Assembly (NCBI RefSeq): GCF_009914755.1
Contig: NC_060926.1
DNA: 64,000 nt
Strand: one strand, 5' to 3'
From: the human T2T-CHM13v2.0 reference genome, Homo sapiens
The notes below the pieces were generated by a model. That model saw only the letters and a program-made list of their open reading frames with translations, had not been told where the DNA came from and ran no database searches. The translations under genes and the position numbers were made by a program. The number at the start of each line of letters is the position of its first letter. The stretch's first letter is position 1. Positions 1 through 12,946 of this stretch are shown here, one piece after another.

Positions 1-25
1 AGCCAGTGATGATGTGGACTTGCTC

Positions 26-48
26 ATTGATTGATTGATTGATTGATT
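26..48. repeat. (ATTG)n tetranucleotide microsatellite
   Basis: attgattgattgattgattgatt, about 5.7 copies. Confidence 0.9.
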
Positions 49-1413
49 TTTTGGTAAACTGAAAGCTACGAAGAGCCACAAATGAATGAAGACGACTGAG
101 GCAAACTGAGCCTCTGAGTGCCCCTGGAGGGAGACTCCCTTCTCTGTGGGGTTTGCTCTGAGTGGTTAATAATCCAGGTAGAAAATCCACTGGTAGAGGT
201 AGTGCAGGGTGGGAAGAGACCTGGGAAGGAGGCTTTGGTCCAGGTCCTAGAGCAGGCTCCAGTGTGACTCCAGGAGACTGAGATATCCAGGGGCCATCCC
301 ACACTGTGCTTCCTAAAGTCTACTTAGCGGCCCCCTCACTCACTGGATAAGAACAGTGGCTTCCTCCTCACTGAGCTTTCACTGGTGCCTTAGGCTCCAC
401 TGTTGGAGATCTAGTTGTTTTAGTCACTCTGTTGTCTCATGCTGGAGAGAAGCGACCTTTCACATGAGAGTTAGTCACTTGTCTATGGTGAGTCAGATGC
501 TATCAGCTGCCCTTGGTGACAGGAGGCTATGGATGGATATTAATGGCTGGGAGGAGGGTCAGGAGGCCACCAGCAAGCTGAAAAGAGTGGCTTGGAGAGG
601 TGACAGTAAGTCCTAGAAGGAGAGATGAGCCTGGGAATGTCCAACTCCATCGGCTGACAGGGCTGACCTGCTCTGCACCTGCCGTGTGAAAGGTACCTGG
701 GTCTGAGTCAGGTCCCGTAGGGCCCAAGCACACTCACATGGACTTCCTGTTACTGGGGCTGCAAAGAGTTGCTACTTCCAACTGGAAGGGGCTCTGACCA
801 AATTCACAGCCCTGGACCAATCTTTCTGTTTGGCTTGTAGCAAACTTGCAAATTCCTGTGAGGGGAAACAAGATTTATTTCTCATTGAAACATTCACAGA
901 AGAATCAGGTTCAAATAATTATTCCCGACTTCACTTCTCTTTTACTCTGCGTTGCTTCACAAAGACGCACACACACGCACACAGAAATGAGTCATATGTT
1001 CAGCTTTCTGAAAGTCAAAGAGAATAAACAGATGCCACAGAGGAGATGGAAAACTGGCATTGTTTTAATAAAAACTCTGAAGACAAAGGAAGGAACAGAA
1101 ACTTAAAGATTTAAAAGAGCAAATCCCAATGGTGGGTGATTCAAACATCTTTCCAATTCCCACTCCCACCCCAGGAAATGCTCCCTAAGCGTGAAGGAGG
1201 GAGGTGTCTGCAAGCTTCCTGCTGACATGGCCCGGGACAGGCAGAGTCCAAGAACAAAGGACTGGCTAAGAAAAGCATGGAGATCAAAAATACTTAAAAA
1301 TATACATGGGTATGAAAAGGGTTAGACAGCTAGAAAACAAAATACAAAATGTCACCTTTGAGTAGTGAAGTTTTGGATGATTTTTATTTTCTTATTTTAT
1401 ATAAAATTTATAA

Positions 1414-1968
1414 CAGGGGTCCCCAATCCCTGGGCCATGGACTGGCACTGGTACCTGTCTGTGGCCTGTTAGGAACCAGGCCTCACCGGGCCTCACGGCA
1501 GGAAGTGAGCATTGGGCAAGCGAGCAAAGCTTCATCTGTATTTACAGCTACTTCCCATCACTCACATTCTCACCTGAGCTCTACCTCCTGTCAGATCAGC
1601 CGCAGCATTAGCTTCTCGTAGGAGCACAAACCCTACTGTGAACTGCGCATGTGAAGGATCTAGGTGTGTACTCCTTACAAGAATCTAATGCCTGATGACC
1701 TGTCACTGTCTCCCATCACTCCCAGATGGGACCATCTAGTTGCAAAAAAAAAAAAAAAAAAAAAAAAAAGCTCAGGGCTCCCACTGAATCCACATTATGG
1801 TGAGTTGTATAATTATTTCATGATATATTACAATGTAATAATAATAGAAAGTGCACAATTAATGTAATGCACCTGAATCATCCTGAAACCATCCCCCTTC
1901 CCCGGTCTGTGGAAAAATTGTCTTCCACAAAACCTGTCCCTGGTGCCAAAAAAGGTTGAGGATCGCTG
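1414..1968 (+). mobile_element. MER1A non-autonomous hAT-Charlie DNA transposon, full length
   Basis: Starts CAGGGGTCCCCAA, ends GGTTGAGGATCGCTG (terminal inverted repeats); interior matches recalled MER1A consensus; 8-bp TSD ATTTATAA (1406-1413) / TTTTATAA (1969-1976). Confidence 0.93.
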
Positions 1969-2220
1969 TTTTATAATATACCAGTATTGCTTTGTTCATT
2001 AGAAAAATGTACAGATTATTTAATAAACAGCTAGATCACTGGCCTCATTTGACCACACAGCATAAGTAAACAACTTGCCCCAGGTCATCCAGTGCACATA
2101 CCAGTCAGGCTGGTGCCAATTTTGTGCTTTGTCTGCTGTACTATACGCCATAAGTGCCACCACCCTCACCCAAAGATAATGAGCCTTGCCAGCCAGAGGG
2201 GAGAAAAATCATTTGAAATG

Positions 2221-2440
2221 ATTTTTACAGTAATTTATTGAGGTGAAATTCACATGAAATAAAACTAACAATTTTTGCCATTCAGTGGCAGGGAGTACAG
2301 TCACAAAGCTGCACAGCCACCCCCTCTACCTGGTTCTAAAACATTCCCATTGCTGCACAGCAAAACCCCTTATGCATTAAGCAGTTTTTCCCTATTCCTC
2401 AACCCCCACAGACCCTGGCAAACCCCAATCTGCATTCTGG
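2221..2440 (-). mobile_element. L1MB-type LINE-1 3' end fragment
   Basis: TTTATTGAGGTGAAATTCACAT...CCCTGGCAAACCCCAATCTGCATTCTG resembles reverse-complemented L1MB 3' UTR. Confidence 0.75.
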
Positions 2441-4663
2441 TAGGATTTTTCTTTTTAAAGGAAACATTTTAACTTTTATAAAATAATTTTGGAAGTGACT
2501 CATACTTTGTTTCAACCTCTGGAGAGGCAAATATTCTGCCATGGTCCAAAAGTGATGGGATTTCTGGGTGACCTTTTCTGGGTACAGTCTCCTTGGTGTT
2601 GGTGGGATTTCTGGCTGTTGGAGGCCGGAGCCCTGAGTCCAGAGCCCAGCAGAGGCCTGGTCTGCCAAGCCTTGGCATTCGTCACAAGCACAGGGTGTAG
2701 CACTCTCTATTATATTTACTTTTGCAGGAGACCTCTGGATTATTTAGCTCTGCAATGCTCACTGGTGAGTTCAGAACTAACAATTACTCCTAAGACAGTA
2801 TGCGCATGTCAGACCATGGTTAAAAACGGACAGTGCTGACAATCTTTAGGGTTCTGTCATATCCCCCAGAAGGGCTTCAGTGTGGACCATTTCACTCCAG
2901 ATAGGCTCCAAGGGGTTTGGAAACACCATCAAGAGGACATCGCATGTGAGGAATTTTTGAACCGACTGAAGGACTTTGAAAGTGAAATTTCCTGACAGGC
3001 TTAAACTTCCACATCAAACATTAGCATCTTCAATAATTTCAAACAATGGGACTATAAAGTTTGCAACTGCCTTTGGAAGGAAGAAAGTGAAACGAGCTCA
3101 TCTTAGCAACTGAGGGAGAGGAGAGCAGGGAGGTGGGAGTGAAAGTGGCGGGTCCAGGAAGAGACAGGTAGAGGGAGGTGGGGCTGGCAGCCCTCATGCC
3201 AGGTAGTAAGCCTGACAGCCTCCAGGTCTGGAAGCCTGAAGTATGCAGAGGGTTCCACTACATGCCTGCTACATCCTTAACGGCCTTACACATCTCCACC
3301 AGTCAGGTGAGGACCATATTATCTCTGCTTTAGGGATAGACACGAAGACTTGGAAGGGTCTACGCTGCTCTCATAGTTTAGACTACACCCTTGCTTGGAT
3401 TTCTTGTACATCAGTCCTTCCACAACACCATGATCGACAATTTCAAAATGCTTTCCAAAGCCCAGTTTGAGTACATCGCCTATCTAGTACCCTTCATCCC
3501 CATTCTCTCTTTCCCCACTTAGGCCATCACAAGACCACTATCTTGGCAAGAGTAGAGTTGCTACTGAGTACAAAGTGCATATGTTGGACTTTTTATTTCA
3601 ATGTTCTAAAGGAGAAGAAAAGATGTACCAAAAAGAGAAGAAAAAGCAGGCTCCAAGCTGCTAAACCTTGGCCTGGGGACTTGTGTGTCTAGTATGATCT
3701 GTGGGCATGGCCATGGGACTCATGCTTTGCTTGTTAGTTGTCTAAAAGGAGTAGAGCAGAATCATTATAGAAGACTTGGAAAATGCAGAAAGATTATAAA
3801 GACTTACGAGGATAACTGTGAATACTTTGGGGAATCTCTTCTGGTCTTGTTTCTGTGAATATAATAATGTATATATTTTTACATTTTCTGAAAATGGGAA
3901 GTTATATTTTATGTTATGGTATAGGTTATGTTATGCTTAGATTTATATTATGTTTCTTGGTGACTGCCATTTTTACTAAGGGATCTATTCTGAGCATTAA
4001 TGATGATTTGAAATATTCCCCTAAATCACACTTTAAAAATGATTCTATACAGTTCTATCACCTGAATTTATCAAAACTAATTATTTAATCCTTTATGTCT
4101 AGATGTTTTGGTTGGCTTTGTACATGCATCTTTCCTTTCAACCTTTTGTACTATATCCTGGGATTTTTATATCCAAAAATGTTATTATTGAATTTCATAA
4201 CATAAGCAACCTATTTTCCAAGAATAATTGTAATATTTTTATTACTTTTAATAAATATTCTAACAGTATTTATTTAAACTCATTCCTTTTTAAAAACTGT
4301 TTCTATTGGTCTCCATTTTTTAACTTTTCCATATTTTTGAACTCTCAATATTGAATCTTTTTTATTCAACTATAAAATGTTGAAGTAATTTTTAGAGTAT
4401 GTATGTATATATGTGTCTGTATAGACAGTTTTTGAGCCTCCATATCCAAAAGTGTCTCCATACTATCCTCATACTTGGTGGAAAGATTCTCTGGTCACAA
4501 TTTTTTCCCCTCAAAGGTTTTAAAAAAATCTGAGAGTTTTAAAATTTCAGGCACTTAAGTGATATTAATTAGGAAAAGTCTCAGGTGGCTTGATTTTTTC
4601 TTTTCTTTTTAAAAACACTTTCTAGTTAAAATATGCAAATACTTGGTTTAAAAACTCAAACAA

Positions 4664-5382
<719 letters not shown>

Positions 5383-5419
5383 TTTTCTGTTTGAATAGTT
5401 TTTGCGCTGTTTTCTTCGG

Positions 5420-6150
5420 TACTGACCCCGTGTTTCTAAGAGACATGCTCATGGCTTTTCTCTTTTTGTGTCGACTGACTTTCTGTTGTGGAAGAGAATG
5501 AGTCTCCTTCTATCACGCCCCATGCCCACCTGCCCACACATCCCTTCACCACTAAGTATTCCCTGTTGAGTCATTTCATAATTGTTGGCTAAATCAATAT
5601 TTGGTGTTTTTTATTACTATCATGTAAATATTTTTCACAGTTAAGGCACATATTGTACCAAAAACATACAACCTTTTTTTGGGAAGTCAGCTTCTTTGAT
5701 TTTCTTGAAACTTTCCTTCCTCTTTTAAAATACGTTTTTCTATTTACCTATTTTAAATTCCACCTCAAACTTTACAGCAAACCCAAACCCCTTTCAATGT
5801 CACATTCTGTGACTTTCTGTTTTGGGGTCATCCCTCCTAGTGTCCTCCAGCTCCTGCCCCAGGCTGGGCACCCCAGGCCACCACACAGTGACGACCCTGG
5901 GCTTCTCCTCACCATCATCCTGGGAATTCCTTTGGCTTTTCCACTGGGTGGGATTCTCTGTTTTCTGGATTTCCTATCTTCTTTCTTCAGGACTGAATCC
6001 CTTATTTGACCGTGAAAGACGTCCTTCAATATTACCTAAGAAAGGGTACACGGGAAGTCAACTTTCTGATGTCTGAAAATTTCTTTGTTCTGTTCTCATA
6101 GGTGATTAAAATGTGGTCGGGTATAGACTTCGAGGTTGGAAGTCATGCCA
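5420..6150 (-). mobile_element. Old L1ME/HAL1-like fragment
   Basis: T-rich strand with motifs such as AAGAAAGGGTACACGGGAAGTCAACTTTCTGA...TCTGAAAAT...GGGTATAGA...AGGTTGGAA typical of reverse-complemented old L1 ORF1 region. Confidence 0.5.
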
Positions 6151-7483
6151 TCTTGCATCTGGTCTCAGGCCACTCTTAATTCCAATCTGCCCATGGGCAT
6201 GGGTGGACAGTCAGGGAAGGTCTGGAGAGAGGTGGTTCAGTGTGAACAGACGGCAAGAGCGCTTGGTCAGGGGACCAGGGCAGGCCAGCTTGCCTCACGA
6301 GGAACAGAGCCAGGCTCCGTGTGACTTTAGGCATCCTGGTGGAGCGGGCAGCCGGCTGAGGGCAGCTTCTGGCGTCCTGGTGGAGCAGGGCAGCTGGCTG
6401 AGGGGCTCCAGGGGATGATGTTGGGCTGCCATTGGGGCCAGCGTATCCAGGCCTTGTACCCCGCAGGAGCAGTCAGGGGCTGGGCAGGAAACAGGGCTCA
6501 ACCTGGGGTCCAGTGAGGATTCCTGTGGGGAGGGCAGGGTTAAGGGGGCCCACAGGGAAGTCAAGGCACCCAGGGGCTGGCAACAGTGGGGAGCTGCTGT
6601 ATCCCCAGGGCTAACGGGCCCACAGAGAGGGGCCTCTTGGGAGAAGCTGCAGCTTGGGTGGTGCAGCACCAAAGCAGGAGGGTACAGGAGAAACACCAAC
6701 CTCTCCATCCACCCTTCTGCTCCTGCTACGCCTTCCCCAAGCACAACCCAAAGAGAGCAGCCACAAGGGAATGGGGGGAACGAACAGGGTGAGGGTATCA
6801 GCTGAAGAATGTGCAGTGTCCTCAGCACCCCAGGCCCCCAGAATCCATTCCTGTCCTTTGTTCAGATGGAGAAACTCCCAGCCCCCTCCCAGGAGACACC
6901 AAGGCTCACTGGCCACCCCGTCATTGTGGGATGATGTTAGGCAATTGTTCCTCTGCCCGAACCTGACACCTGGTTCCACTGGTGCCCATCATGGAGGATG
7001 TAGCAAAGCATAGGATGAAAGAAAAAAAATGCAGAGAATGCATGCCTGGCCGCTCCAGCCACCTCCATAGCCGGCCATCCTCCTCTGATAGCTGGGGATC
7101 CCCTTACCCCCTGCCATAGCTTGCCTTCTCCTAGCTCCCACCAAAGCTGGTCGTCAAGCCAACATAGATCATCATAGCTCCCTCCTTCTATCACTCACTC
7201 CTGGAAACCTGTGACTGCCACTTACAGCCTCAGACCCCCAATGAGGTTCAATCTCAGCCTTCTGTCTCTGTGGCCTCTCGTGGTCAATGTGCTGTGCCCT
7301 GAGGGTGGGCAGTGCCAGAAGAGGTCTGCCCAGCAGAGGAATGTGTTATCACCGCCATGGTGTGGAGCTGCCATCACATGGCTATAGTACAAAGCAGACT
7401 GTGTCAGTTATATTCTTATTCTAAATTATCTGCCAAAAAACCACTTTCTTGTTGTGTGCACCCAGCATGGGAAACTCCCACCC

Positions 7484-7615
7484 TCCCTGCCCCCATCCAT
7501 CCCTGATGATAACTGGACTCACCTCACCTCTGGGGTGATGCCCCCATTATCCCTGCCCCCATCCATCCCTAATGATAACTGGACTTGCCTCACATCTGGG
7601 GTGAAGCCCCCATTA
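7484..7615. repeat. Tandem duplication, 2 x 66 bp
   Basis: Units 7484-7549 and 7550-7615 differ at about 5 positions. Confidence 0.92.
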
Positions 7616-7880
7616 GTGAGCCCACCATTGTTGGAGTGATCAAGCCTGGCAGCCTCACCCTCTTTGCCCTCCACCTGCACACCATCCCATGCCAACTTGA
7701 TGACAATTAGGGTGACTGTGACCCCACTGCCTGCTCAGGTTTCCTGGATCCCATTTTCCCTGGTAAAGGGTCATCTGTGCCTTCATCAAGGATCTGAGTA
7801 GCCTGGCCCCAGAAGCCCATTTTTGGGGTCTGTTTTTGGATGCTTCCAGCTAGTTCCCAGAAGATATCAGAATTCATCTC

Positions 7881-8304
7881 TGCCTTAGTCTGTTTTGTGT
7901 TGCTACAAAGGGACACCTGAGGCTGGACAGCTGATAAAGAAAAGAGGTTTATTTGGCTCATGTTTCTGCAGGCTGTACAAGAGACATGGCGCCAGCATCT
8001 GCTCCCGGCGAGGCCTCAGGCTACCTCTACTCATGGCAGAAAGCCCACGGGTGTGAGCAAGTGCAGAAATCACACCACAAGACAGGCCACAAAAGGAGAG
8101 GAGGAGCTGGGGTCTTTCTAACAACCAGTTCTCACCAGAACTAAGTGGGACCTCACTTGTCACTACAAGGAGGGCACTAAGCTACTCATGAGGACTCCAC
8201 TCCCATGACCCAGACACCTCCCACCAGCCCCCACTTCCAACACTGGGGATAAATTTCCACATGAGACTTGGTGGAGTCAAACAAACTATGTCCAAACCAT
8301 AGCA
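7881..8304 (-). mobile_element. MSTB-like solo LTR (ERVL-MaLR)
   Basis: TGCCTTAGTC...AAGAAAAGAGGTTTATTTGGCTCA...TCTGCAGGCTGTACAAG...TCCAAACCATAGCA; ~424 bp, TG...CA ends. Confidence 0.88.
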
Positions 8305-9245
8305 GGCCCCAGGGGTTCAAACGAGGAGACTCTGATGACACGGTCACTGGAGAGGGGTGAGCAGTATTACCGGACTATGGGCTGGTGCACACCCTTGACT
8401 AGCAACAGTGGGGAGCTGTTCCCACCCTGGGTCTACAGCACAGGGCCGGGGACTAGGGAGAGCGCTCTGCCTTGGAGAGCTGCAGCCCTGTGGGGGCCGG
8501 GGCCCCTCTGCTCCTGCCTGTGCTTCTCCTCCTGGCTCCCTGTGGTTGAGTCTAACCTGAACGGAGCCTGTGGTGGAGAAGAACCAGCACAGCTGCCATG
8601 TGAAGGAGTCTCAGCTTTATCTTCCGGGTAGTGGGGAGCCTGGAGAGAGACACAGCTCAGTGGTGGGAAACATCTGTGATGGGAGTGGGGGTCGCCCAGA
8701 TGCAGGGGAGCAGTCAGGAGACCACCACCAATGTAAACAATGGAGTTCACTTCCTGAGCCCTGGCCATGGTCCAGGACCCCGCAGTGAGGTGGCTGTGCA
8801 GGGGCCGTCACCATCCGCCATTCATGGGTGGGGAAGCTGAGAGGTTAAGGTAGAGTGACCTTACGTCCTGCCTGGCCCAGGACTGTCCTGGTTTATGCTG
8901 ATGTCCTGATGTCATTATTGATGGCGCCCTTTTCGTTTTCCAAAGTGGCCCAGTTTGGGAGATACATGATGGGGTCTCCCAGGTTACCGTGTCAGCAGTA
9001 GGTGTGGGGATTCTCACCTGGCCAAAGCTTGGGCAACAGCGTGGAGGAGAGATGTCAGCTCTGAGACATGCATCTTCATAGAAGGGGGAGGTCATGTGCT
9101 GGAGGCTGGGGGAAGGGAAGAGCACAGAAGGAGCAGGCCCCGTGGGGAGAGGATGAGCTGCTTGGGGCATATTTACACATTCGTGGTCCCTGCAGGTCCC
9201 GGCAGGAGAGCATCCTGCTGGAAATGGTCAAGTTGGTCCTGTGGT

Positions 9246-9494
9246 CCACGCTGCCACGGGCTGCCTCTGTGACTGTGGTGTGTCACTGGTCCCGGCCCAC
9301 GCTGCCACGGGCTGCCTCTGTGACTGTGGTGTGTCACTGGTCCCGGCCCACGCTGCCACGGGCTGCCTCTGTGACTGTGGTGTGTCACTGGTCCCGGCCC
9401 ACGCTGCCACGGGCTGCCTCTGTGACTGTGGTGTGTCACTGGTCCCGGCCCACGCTGCCATGGGCTGCCTCTGTGACTGTGGTGTGTCACTGGT
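9246..9494. repeat. 51-bp minisatellite (VNTR), 4.9 copies
   Basis: Unit CCACGCTGCCACGGGCTGCCTCTGTGACTGTGGTGTGTCACTGGTCCCGGC starting at 9246, 9297, 9348, 9399, 9450; one C>T in the last copy. Confidence 0.98.
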
Positions 9495-9960
9495 GCTATG
9501 GTCCATTGCAGAACCAGTGACCTGACATGGCAAAGGGAGGTTGCAGATGTGATTCACTGAATGATCTTGAGATGAGAGATGATCCTGGGTTACTCAGGTG
9601 GCCTAATGACATCCCAGGGTCCTTAAAAGTGGAGAGAGAAGACAATGGGAGAAGAGTAGAGAGAAGTGACATGATGTGACGCGGGAGGCTTCAACACCAT
9701 GCTGCTTGTTCTGAGATCCATGGGGCAAGCGTCTGCCAGCCAGCAGGGTGACAGAGACCTCAATCCTGCACCTGCATGGAGCTGAGTTCTGTCAACCCCT
9801 GAATGAACAGGAAACAGATTTTCCCCTAGGGCCTCCAGAAGGAATGCAGCCAGATTTTAGCTCAGTGCGACTGACCCTGTCACTCTTCTGACCTCTGGAA
9901 CTGTAAGGCAGTTGGTGAGAGAGTAGGAATTTGTCACGGCAGCTGTAGGACACCGATGCA
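9494..9960 (+). mobile_element. MLT1 (D/E-like) solo LTR, ERVL-MaLR
   Basis: ACATGGCAAAGGGAGGTTGCAGATGTGATT...CTTGAGATG...CCTCCAGAAGGAATGCAGCC...CTTCTGACCTCTGGAACTGTAAG...AATTTGTCACGGCAGC. Confidence 0.85.
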
Positions 9961-11789
9961 CTTGTGCTGTCTGGATTCCTCTACGGGCACCAGAGAGGTC
10001 CTGTGTCTGCTCAGATGACACACTGCAGAGGCAAACCTTCAAAGGGCCATCCTGCACCTCCTGAAGCAAGGAGCAAGCCCATCAGGTGACTGTGGGTGAC
10101 TGTGGGTGGTGGGGCGGAGTAGGGGGCTCTGGTCCTGGCAGTCTCCAAATCCCTCCCTCTACCCATGATGGCACTGGGTCCTCGAGCTCTGCCAGGCAGT
10201 GATGGCGATGGCTCTGGCCTGCTCTTCTTCCACGCAGCCTGGGGCTTCTGTCGGTCGCACACAGCTGTGTGGTGTGGGGGCAGCTCATGTGTGGGGGTTG
10301 CTGGCTAAATTGCAAATGCCTTCTCCCCACCGTATTGCCATGGGATTGCAGTCAAGGAGTTTATTTCTCTTCTGATCCACGGTTGTTTTGTTCTTTTCAT
10401 TTTCCTTGTGAAATAAGGTCTAAAGTAATCAAACTTACTTTACAAAAACCTCTGACAACCAAATGAACTGCCCAGGTTTGATGCATTGGCTGACGATTTA
10501 TATGCAGGGTACAGTTGAGCTTTCCTTTCAGCAGCCCCTTCTTCCACCTCCACCAGCCCCCATTACACTCCCCAAACCCTCACCCCTTGCAGCCAAAGTT
10601 GCCTTTCTGTTGGCCACCCTGTCCTGCCTGCAGGGAGGCTGCCTGGCCCTGGGGTTTTGGTTATGGTCAAGGAGTGGACATATCTAATTAACCTGTGTTC
10701 ATTTCCTTACCTTTAGAAAAATGAGTAAATGCATGAGAAAGAAAGCTGACATTCAAATTGTTTCCCAATTGAATTTCAACATTCACATTTTTTAAGTAAC
10801 AACTTCTTGGCCCCAGGAACCACGTGGGGGTTGGGATGTGGCAGTGCATTGGAAGCAAAGGTGAGCTGATGGGGCATCTGTGACATATAAGCCCCTCTGC
10901 CGGCTCAGCTGCCGGGACCCTGGACCTGTGCCTCCCTGCTGTTCCCACGCCAGCCCCCAAGTGACTTGGCTCAGACCAGAGGGTGTTTTCCCCAAAGCAA
11001 GACCAGGGGTGAATGAGGGTTCGCCCTCCTGCCAGAACCACTAATGTAAACCCAGGACAGCTCACCCTCCTGCCCTCAGCCCAGGGAGTTCCTGATAACG
11101 ATTCTGAAGGAAAATCTGGAGGCAATTCATGATGCCCTGGCATCAAAGAAGGCTCCAACTGAGCTTCTTTTCTGTGTTTTCCAAGGCTTGGAAAGGAATC
11201 ACACAATTTTATAGGATTTCCAATAGCAAAGACCAAGACAAAAGAGGACTGGTTTCACCTTTTCGTCAGAACATTCAGATAACGAGAATGCAGCCTTCCC
11301 TGGGGACCAGTTAATTGAGGGTTTGCTCTTCCTCAGGGCCTCTGGGCTATTTGAGAGTAGCCTGCAGGGCCCTGCCCTTGGCTGTTCCCTCTGCTGCAGG
11401 CCACGGCCAGCTAGCAAGTCCCTTGTTCTCCACCATGCCCATGTGGGGACAGGTGTGCTGGGTCCTGCCCCGGGAAGCAGCCACGGTTTGCATGTTTCCT
11501 CTCATCTCATCCTCCAGGGAAGCTGATACTCCCTACTGCCCATCTGGACTTCAGGTTTGAGCAGCTTGTTTCTAGCACTGTCCCTCTTCAAGGGGCAGCA
11601 GGGGCCTATGGCCATCAGGATTGCTTTCCACCCAACATCCATAAGGTGCAAGAAGCCTAGAGCTGGGTTTTGAGGTCTTGCCAATCAGCTTCAGCAATGC
11701 ATATTTTAGAAATATGTAAACACTCTGTGAGGCACTTTGGCTTCTAACTCCTATCAAGAGTCCTAAAAACCAGACCAAAAGATGACCTC

Positions 11790-11900
11790 TGAAGCCTTAG
11801 CCATGCTCATTCGTTGAACAGATGGACTCTGAGGCACACAGGGAATAAATCACTTGGGGAAGGTCACCAGCAGACCAGTTCCTAGTTCCTGTGTGGTGAC
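11790..11900 (-). mobile_element. MIR fragment
   Basis: ACAGATGGACTCTGAGGCACACAGGG...CACTTGGGGAAGGTCAC resembles the MIR core. Confidence 0.6.
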
Positions 11901-12599
11901 TGTCTACTGCGTTATACACCCTGGCGCCTCACTCCTGTTCTTTGTCTATTCTGTGAAGTTGGTGTGCTTTAACTGCTTCATTCTCTGTGAGGACCTGAGT
12001 TTACAGTTTTGGGGGAAGACCCACAGCCTCACAGAGAATGGCAAGGAGACACAAGGCCCCAGAGGAGAAGGAGTGTAAGGCAGCCACGGGTTGCCTTCTG
12101 TAACTCCTCCAGCACCAAAAATAGGCAGGAACACTCAGGCATACATGCACGGCAAGTGGTAACAGCATCAGTAGGGCGCCACTGGTTTCCGTCCCCAAAG
12201 TCAAACTCAGGAATGGACATTCCTTTGCTCATGTAATTCATCAAACACAAAGACCAAGTGTTTTAGGGTTTCCCCATTGCTAGGGGTGGCTAAGTCAACC
12301 AGCAGTGGTTGTGCAGCTTTCATATGGGTGTTGGTGGTGGTTGGGGCTTTGAAGGCAGCTGAGACTACTGTCCCAAAGATTTAGAATCATTCTAGAGTGA
12401 TGATGCAATCACATAGGAAGCTGAAACAAAGAAACTGACAACCAGTAAAGAACATGGGGTATTTAATAAAGTTAGAATGATTCCTTGATGTGCAAATAAA
12501 ATGTAGTGAAAAGGCTCCGTTGAGACCAGCTCCAGTGCTGTGTTCTCTGGGCCTGCCCTGCTCTGGCCCCATCTCCCAGCCTGTGGGAACAAATTCCTC

Positions 12600-12777
12600 C
12601 CTCCTGGCATTCCTGCGATCTTTGCCTGTAACCTGTCTCTCTGTTCACCTGCCCCACCCCCAACTAGACCAGGAGCTCCTCAAGGGCAGAGACCTTATAG
12701 ACTACGTACTTGGGGATCCAGCCCTCAGTATGGGCCTGCCCCAGAGTGGGTACACCACGAATGTAATTTGAATGAAC
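12600..12777 (+). mobile_element. L2 3' end
   Basis: ACTAGACCAGGAGCTCCTCAAGGGCAGAGACC...GGGCCTGCCCCAGAGTGGG...TTGAATGAA terminus. Confidence 0.75.
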
Positions 12778-12788
12778 TTGAAGTTGTC

Positions 12789-12946
12789 AGAGACACATAA
12801 AAGCCAATAAGCACAGACCCGGAGACACCCAAAAGCCAATCAAGACAGACCCAGAGACACACAAGAGCCAATGAGCACAGACCCAGAGACACGCAAGAGC
12901 CAATCAGGACAGATCCAGAAACATACAAGGGCCAATGAGGACAGAC
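12789..12946. repeat. 32-bp minisatellite, ~5 copies, one CCAAT box per unit
   Basis: Consensus AGAGACACACAAGAGCCAATGAGCACAGACCC; CCAAT at 12804, 12836, 12868, 12900, 12932. Confidence 0.95.

Noticed and set aside
2-102. C/D snoRNA-like layout: GCC-A-GTGATGA ... CTGA-GGC with internal CTGA
   Set aside because: Only a 3-bp terminal stem, interior filled by an ATTG microsatellite, poor C'/D' spacing and no recognisable rRNA guide; probably chance (an Rfam/snoscan search would settle it)
2850-2995. Protein-like open frame FCHIPQKGFSVDHFTPDRLQGVWKHHQEDIACEEFLNRLKDFESEIS*
   Set aside because: Short, weak splice acceptor, no homolog I recognise; unsupported without BLAST or PhyloCSF
9068-9557. 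ORFs with repeated 17-aa peptides; CRISPR-like appearance
   Set aside because: Produced by the 51-bp VNTR; units are contiguous with no unique spacers, and the DNA is primate
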